Shown here one piece after another: positions 57,651 through 64,000 of a DNA stretch of 64,000 bases; the first letter of the stretch is position 1; each line of letters begins with the position of its first letter. The notes beneath the pieces were generated by a model that made no database searches, was not told the origin of the DNA, and saw only the letters and a list, made by a program, of their open reading frames with translations. The position numbers and the translations under genes are program-made. Origin of the DNA: Pseudomonadota bacterium (GTDB lineage: Bacteria; Pseudomonadota; Gammaproteobacteria; RBG-16-57-12); NCBI GenBank assembly GCA_040752855.1, contig JBFMHP010000039.1, forward strand, positions 5,202-69,201, given 5' to 3'.

Positions 57651-58910
57651 ATGAGATATGCATTCATTTGGATGCTGGCGTGCATGGCGACACCCATCGC
57701 CCAGGCAACGCCGGAAACCGCCCCCTCGCCCCTCACACTGCAACAGGTGATCGGCCGGGTGCTGGAACGGAATCCACAGCTCGCGATTCACGATTTTGAG
57801 CGCCAAGCAGCGGCCGCCAGAACACGCCAGGCCGAGCAAAGCACTCCGTATGAACTGCGGATGGAGCTGGCAAACCTGGCCGGCAGCGGCGCCTATCAGG
57901 GTATCGATCGGCTGGAGTCCACCCTCAGCCTCATCAGGCTGCTGGAGACCCGTGAGTTACGCGCCTCCCGCCGCGACCTGGCGCAGCAGCACACCCTGTT
58001 GTTGCGCAATGAACAGGACAGCCAACGCCTGGATCTGCTGGCGCACGCAACCGAACAGTTCATCCATGTGGTGGTTGATCAACACAAACTCAGGATCGCC
58101 GAGGACCATCTGACCCTGGTGCGCCACACTCACGAGATCGTTTCGCAGCGGGTCAAGGCGGGCAGGAGCCACATCGCCGAACAACGCCGCCTGGAGATGG
58201 CGTTGGCGCGCGCCGAGATCGAGCTGGAACACGCCGAGCATGAACTCAATACATCACGCCTGAAACTGGCGGCCTTTTGGGGCGAATCCCAGCCGGACTT
58301 CGGCAGCGCAACCGCCGACCTGGTTGCCCTGCCCTCACTGCCCCCCTTCGCGCAACTGGAAACCCTGCTGACCGACAATCCCGACCTGGTGCGTTTCGCC
58401 AGCGAGGAACGCATCGCCCAGGCCCGCGTAAAGCTGGCACAGGCGCGCCGCGCGGCCCCCATGGAGCTGTCAGGGGGCCTCCGATATTTCAACGACGTCA
58501 ACGACGCCGCACTGACGGCCTCCATCAGCATTCCGCTGGGCGCCGGGTCCCGTGCCCGGCCCGAGATCGACGAAATGCAGGCCCTGTCGGCACGCGAACC
58601 CCTGCGTTTTGAACAGCGGCGTCTGGCGCTGCGCGCCGGTCTCTATGAACTCTACCAAGAGGCGCTGCATGCCCGCACCGCGTTCGAAGCGCTGCACCAT
58701 CGGATCATCCCGGCGGCGCAACTGGCGGCAGAAGACTACGAAACGGGGTATCAGAGCGGCCGCTTTTCCTTGCTCGAACTGAACGAAGCCCAAGGCGCCT
58801 TGCTCGACGCCCGGCGCGAGGCGGTGCTGGCCGCCGCCAACTACCACCGCCTGAGCATTGAAATCGAACGGCTGACAGGCGCCGCGCTGCGAACCGGAGA
58901 ACCATCATGA
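57651..58910 (+). CDS. czcC: TolC/CzcC family outer membrane efflux protein
   Basis: Signal peptide, LTLQQVI..VLERNP.L, GY.SGRFSLLEL..AQ; operon context. Confidence 0.85.
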   Translation: MRYAFIWMLACMATPIAQATPETAPSPLTLQQVIGRVLERNPQLAIHDFERQAAAARTRQAEQSTPYELRMELANLAGSGAYQGIDRLESTLSLIRLLETRELRASRRDLAQQHTLLLRNEQDSQRLDLLAHATEQFIHVVVDQHKLRIAEDHLTLVRHTHEIVSQRVKAGRSHIAEQRRLEMALARAEIELEHAEHELNTSRLKLAAFWGESQPDFGSATADLVALPSLPPFAQLETLLTDNPDLVRFASEERIAQARVKLAQARRAAPMELSGGLRYFNDVNDAALTASISIPLGAGSRARPEIDEMQALSAREPLRFEQRRLALRAGLYELYQEALHARTAFEALHHRIIPAAQLAAEDYETGYQSGRFSLLELNEAQGALLDARREAVLAAANYHRLSIEIERLTGAALRTGEPS

Positions 58911-60178
58911 ACAAAAATTTTCTGTACACGCTGTCAGTCGCCGTCATCGGCACGGCGCTGCTTTTTTGGCTGCTCTTCGACGAGCCGCACCACGATGAGG
59001 CTCACGGTCACGACGACCACGGCGGTCATCACGGTGAGGGCGCCGGGGAAGCGATGGAAAGAGGTCCGCATGGCGGACGCCTGCTGCGCGACGGCGATTT
59101 TGCCCTGGAGATCACGCTGTTCGAACAGGGCGTACCGCCGGAGTTTCATCTCTACAGCTATCAAAAAGGTGCAGCGATCGATCCCGCAGACGTCGACGTC
59201 GTCATCAAACTGACGCGGCTAGACGGCCAGGTGGATACCTTTAATTTCACGCCGCAAAATGACTTTCTGCGCGGCGACGGCGTTGTCACCGAGCCCCACT
59301 CGTTTGACGTCGCGGTCGAGGCCACCCATAAAGGTCAACGCCACCAGTGGCAGTATGAAAACTACGAAGGCCGCGTGCAGATCGCCGACCCCATCGCCCA
59401 GCAAAGCGGTGTCCAAACGCAGATTGCCGGGCCGCGCACCCTTGAAGAAACCCTGAATCTCACCGGCCGCATTCAGGCCGATCCCAACCGGCTGTCGCAG
59501 GTCCGCGCCCGCTTCCCCGGCATGGTGAAACAGGTGCAACGGGAGCTTGGCGAGCAGGTGCGGCGCGGTGATGTGCTGGCGGAGATCCAAAGCAACGAGA
59601 GCCTGCAAACTTACCGGCTCACGGCGCCCATCGGCGGCGTCATCATTCAGCGCGATGTGCAGGCGGGCGAAATCACCGCCGACGCGCCGCTGTTTGTCAT
59701 CGCCGACCTCTCCAAGGTCTGGGCGGAACTCGATGTCTTCAACCAGGACATCGGTCGCGTGCGTCCCGGCCAGGCGGTTGTGCTGGAAACCCTCAGCGGT
59801 GAACGCGCAGCAGGAAAGATCGATTGGCTCTCGCCCATGGCGGCCCACGCCAGCCAGAGCGTGCAGGCGCGCGTCGTCATCCACAACGACGACTTGAAAC
59901 TCCGACCCGGCCAATTCATCCGCGGACGCGTCACCGTCGCCGAGCATAACGTCCCCCTGGCGGTGCGCAAATCGGGCATCCAGGCGTTTCGCGATTTTCA
60001 GGTGGTCTTCGCCCGCATCAACAACACCTACGAGGTGCGCATGTTGGAGCTGGGGCGCGAGGATCACGATTGGGTCGAGGTGCGGGGCGGCCTCAAGCCA
60101 GGCACGGAGTACGCGACCGAAAACAGTTTTCTGATCAAGGCCGACATCGAAAAGTCCGGCGCGTCCCATGACCACTAG
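58907..60178 (+). CDS. czcB: heavy-metal RND periplasmic adaptor with His-rich N-terminus
   Basis: HHDEAHGHDDHGGHH, RGPHGGRLL, VRARFPG, APIGG, KSGASHDH. Confidence 0.88.
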   Translation: MNKNFLYTLSVAVIGTALLFWLLFDEPHHDEAHGHDDHGGHHGEGAGEAMERGPHGGRLLRDGDFALEITLFEQGVPPEFHLYSYQKGAAIDPADVDVVIKLTRLDGQVDTFNFTPQNDFLRGDGVVTEPHSFDVAVEATHKGQRHQWQYENYEGRVQIADPIAQQSGVQTQIAGPRTLEETLNLTGRIQADPNRLSQVRARFPGMVKQVQRELGEQVRRGDVLAEIQSNESLQTYRLTAPIGGVIIQRDVQAGEITADAPLFVIADLSKVWAELDVFNQDIGRVRPGQAVVLETLSGERAAGKIDWLSPMAAHASQSVQARVVIHNDDLKLRPGQFIRGRVTVAEHNVPLAVRKSGIQAFRDFQVVFARINNTYEVRMLELGREDHDWVEVRGGLKPGTEYATENSFLIKADIEKSGASHDH

Positions 60179-63364
<3,186 letters not shown>

Positions 63365-63376
63365 AGGAGTACACCC

Positions 63377-63829
63377 ATGGTTAATTCAATTCGCAATCGT
63401 CATATTCGAAGATCATTGTTGGCCGTTATCACGTTACTCACAACGACGGCCTGTTCCACAACCAAGCTGGTAAAAGACGAGCGCGGCATCAATATTGACC
63501 GTGTCGACTCAAAGGCTGCGGTTGTCAGTCGTGCTTATTTAACTCAGACCGGTGATCAGCTTACGGTGAGGGGAGAAGTCAAACGTCGATACCTTAGTCG
63601 CGGCCCGATTCCTGGGCACCTGCATATCACCTTGATTGATCCACAGGGGCAAACCGTCAAAGAGGCGGATATCCGCTATATGCGGCGCAGCGCACATTCG
63701 TCAACTGCAACATTCAGCGCCAAATTACCCACGGAATTGCAGCCCGGCAGCCTGATTAAAATCACGCATTTTGATACCAAAAACCATGACAACCCCTCGC
63801 ATGATGGAATTTGGAGGGATATCGAATAA
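63377..63829 (+). CDS. hypothetical lipoprotein
   Basis: TTAC lipobox-like motif, AAGGAG RBS, directly after czcA. Confidence 0.7.
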   Translation: MVNSIRNRHIRRSLLAVITLLTTTACSTTKLVKDERGINIDRVDSKAAVVSRAYLTQTGDQLTVRGEVKRRYLSRGPIPGHLHITLIDPQGQTVKEADIRYMRRSAHSSTATFSAKLPTELQPGSLIKITHFDTKNHDNPSHDGIWRDIE

Positions 63830-63857
63830 CCTGATCAACTAACGGTGGCCATGGCGA

Positions 63858-63885
63858 GGTGGGAAAGCAGGTCTGCTTTCCCACC
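63858..63885. terminator. perfect hairpin after the czc operon
   Basis: GGTGGGAAAGCAG-GT-CTGCTTTCCCACC; no clear U tract. Confidence 0.5.
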
Positions 63886-64000
63886 CATCCAATCAGTGCC
63901 CACAAAAAATCCGACCGAATTAAGACTTGACTGGTAGTCGTTCAGACTCGCTCTACAAACTGTTTAACGAGAAAGGTGTTGGCGCCATATTCCAATTTCC

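Overview
This is a 64 kb chromosomal window from a GC-rich Gram-negative bacterium, most likely a gammaproteobacterium (nudE-cysQ, rsmJ, mnmC and mutY-yggX-tRNA-Phe gene orders). The first ~6 kb, between the 5' end of aqpZ and a split class II ribonucleotide reductase (nrdJa/nrdJb), is a variable mosaic. It holds two AT-rich, integron-cassette-like genes (a putative HEPN RNase and a frameshifted restriction-endonuclease-fold gene), no integrase, nested MITEs, REP-like palindromes and several direct-repeat-bounded units. The rest is mostly housekeeping, envelope and stress genes (OmpA, mscL, mscS, nhaA, M16/M48 peptidases, a GGDEF-EAL protein, Hsp20). It also carries a cobalamin-riboswitch-controlled btuB-btuM-cobO-cobB-bluB-cbiB-cobD operon and a czcCBA-type efflux operon. 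The best candidates for something undescribed are: (1) a His-rich two-TM upstream ORF ending in a RAPP ribosome-arrest motif directly before czcCBA; (2) a divergent ECF sigma/cupin anti-sigma module with DUF4331, HupE/UreJ and DUF4198 genes, two matching back-to-back promoters and exported proteins with N-terminal His motifs; (3) a 51-bp element inserted in frame into both cobO and btuM; (4) integrase-free defence-like cassettes embedded among short-repeat elements. All family calls come from recognising motifs by eye; no database searches were run.
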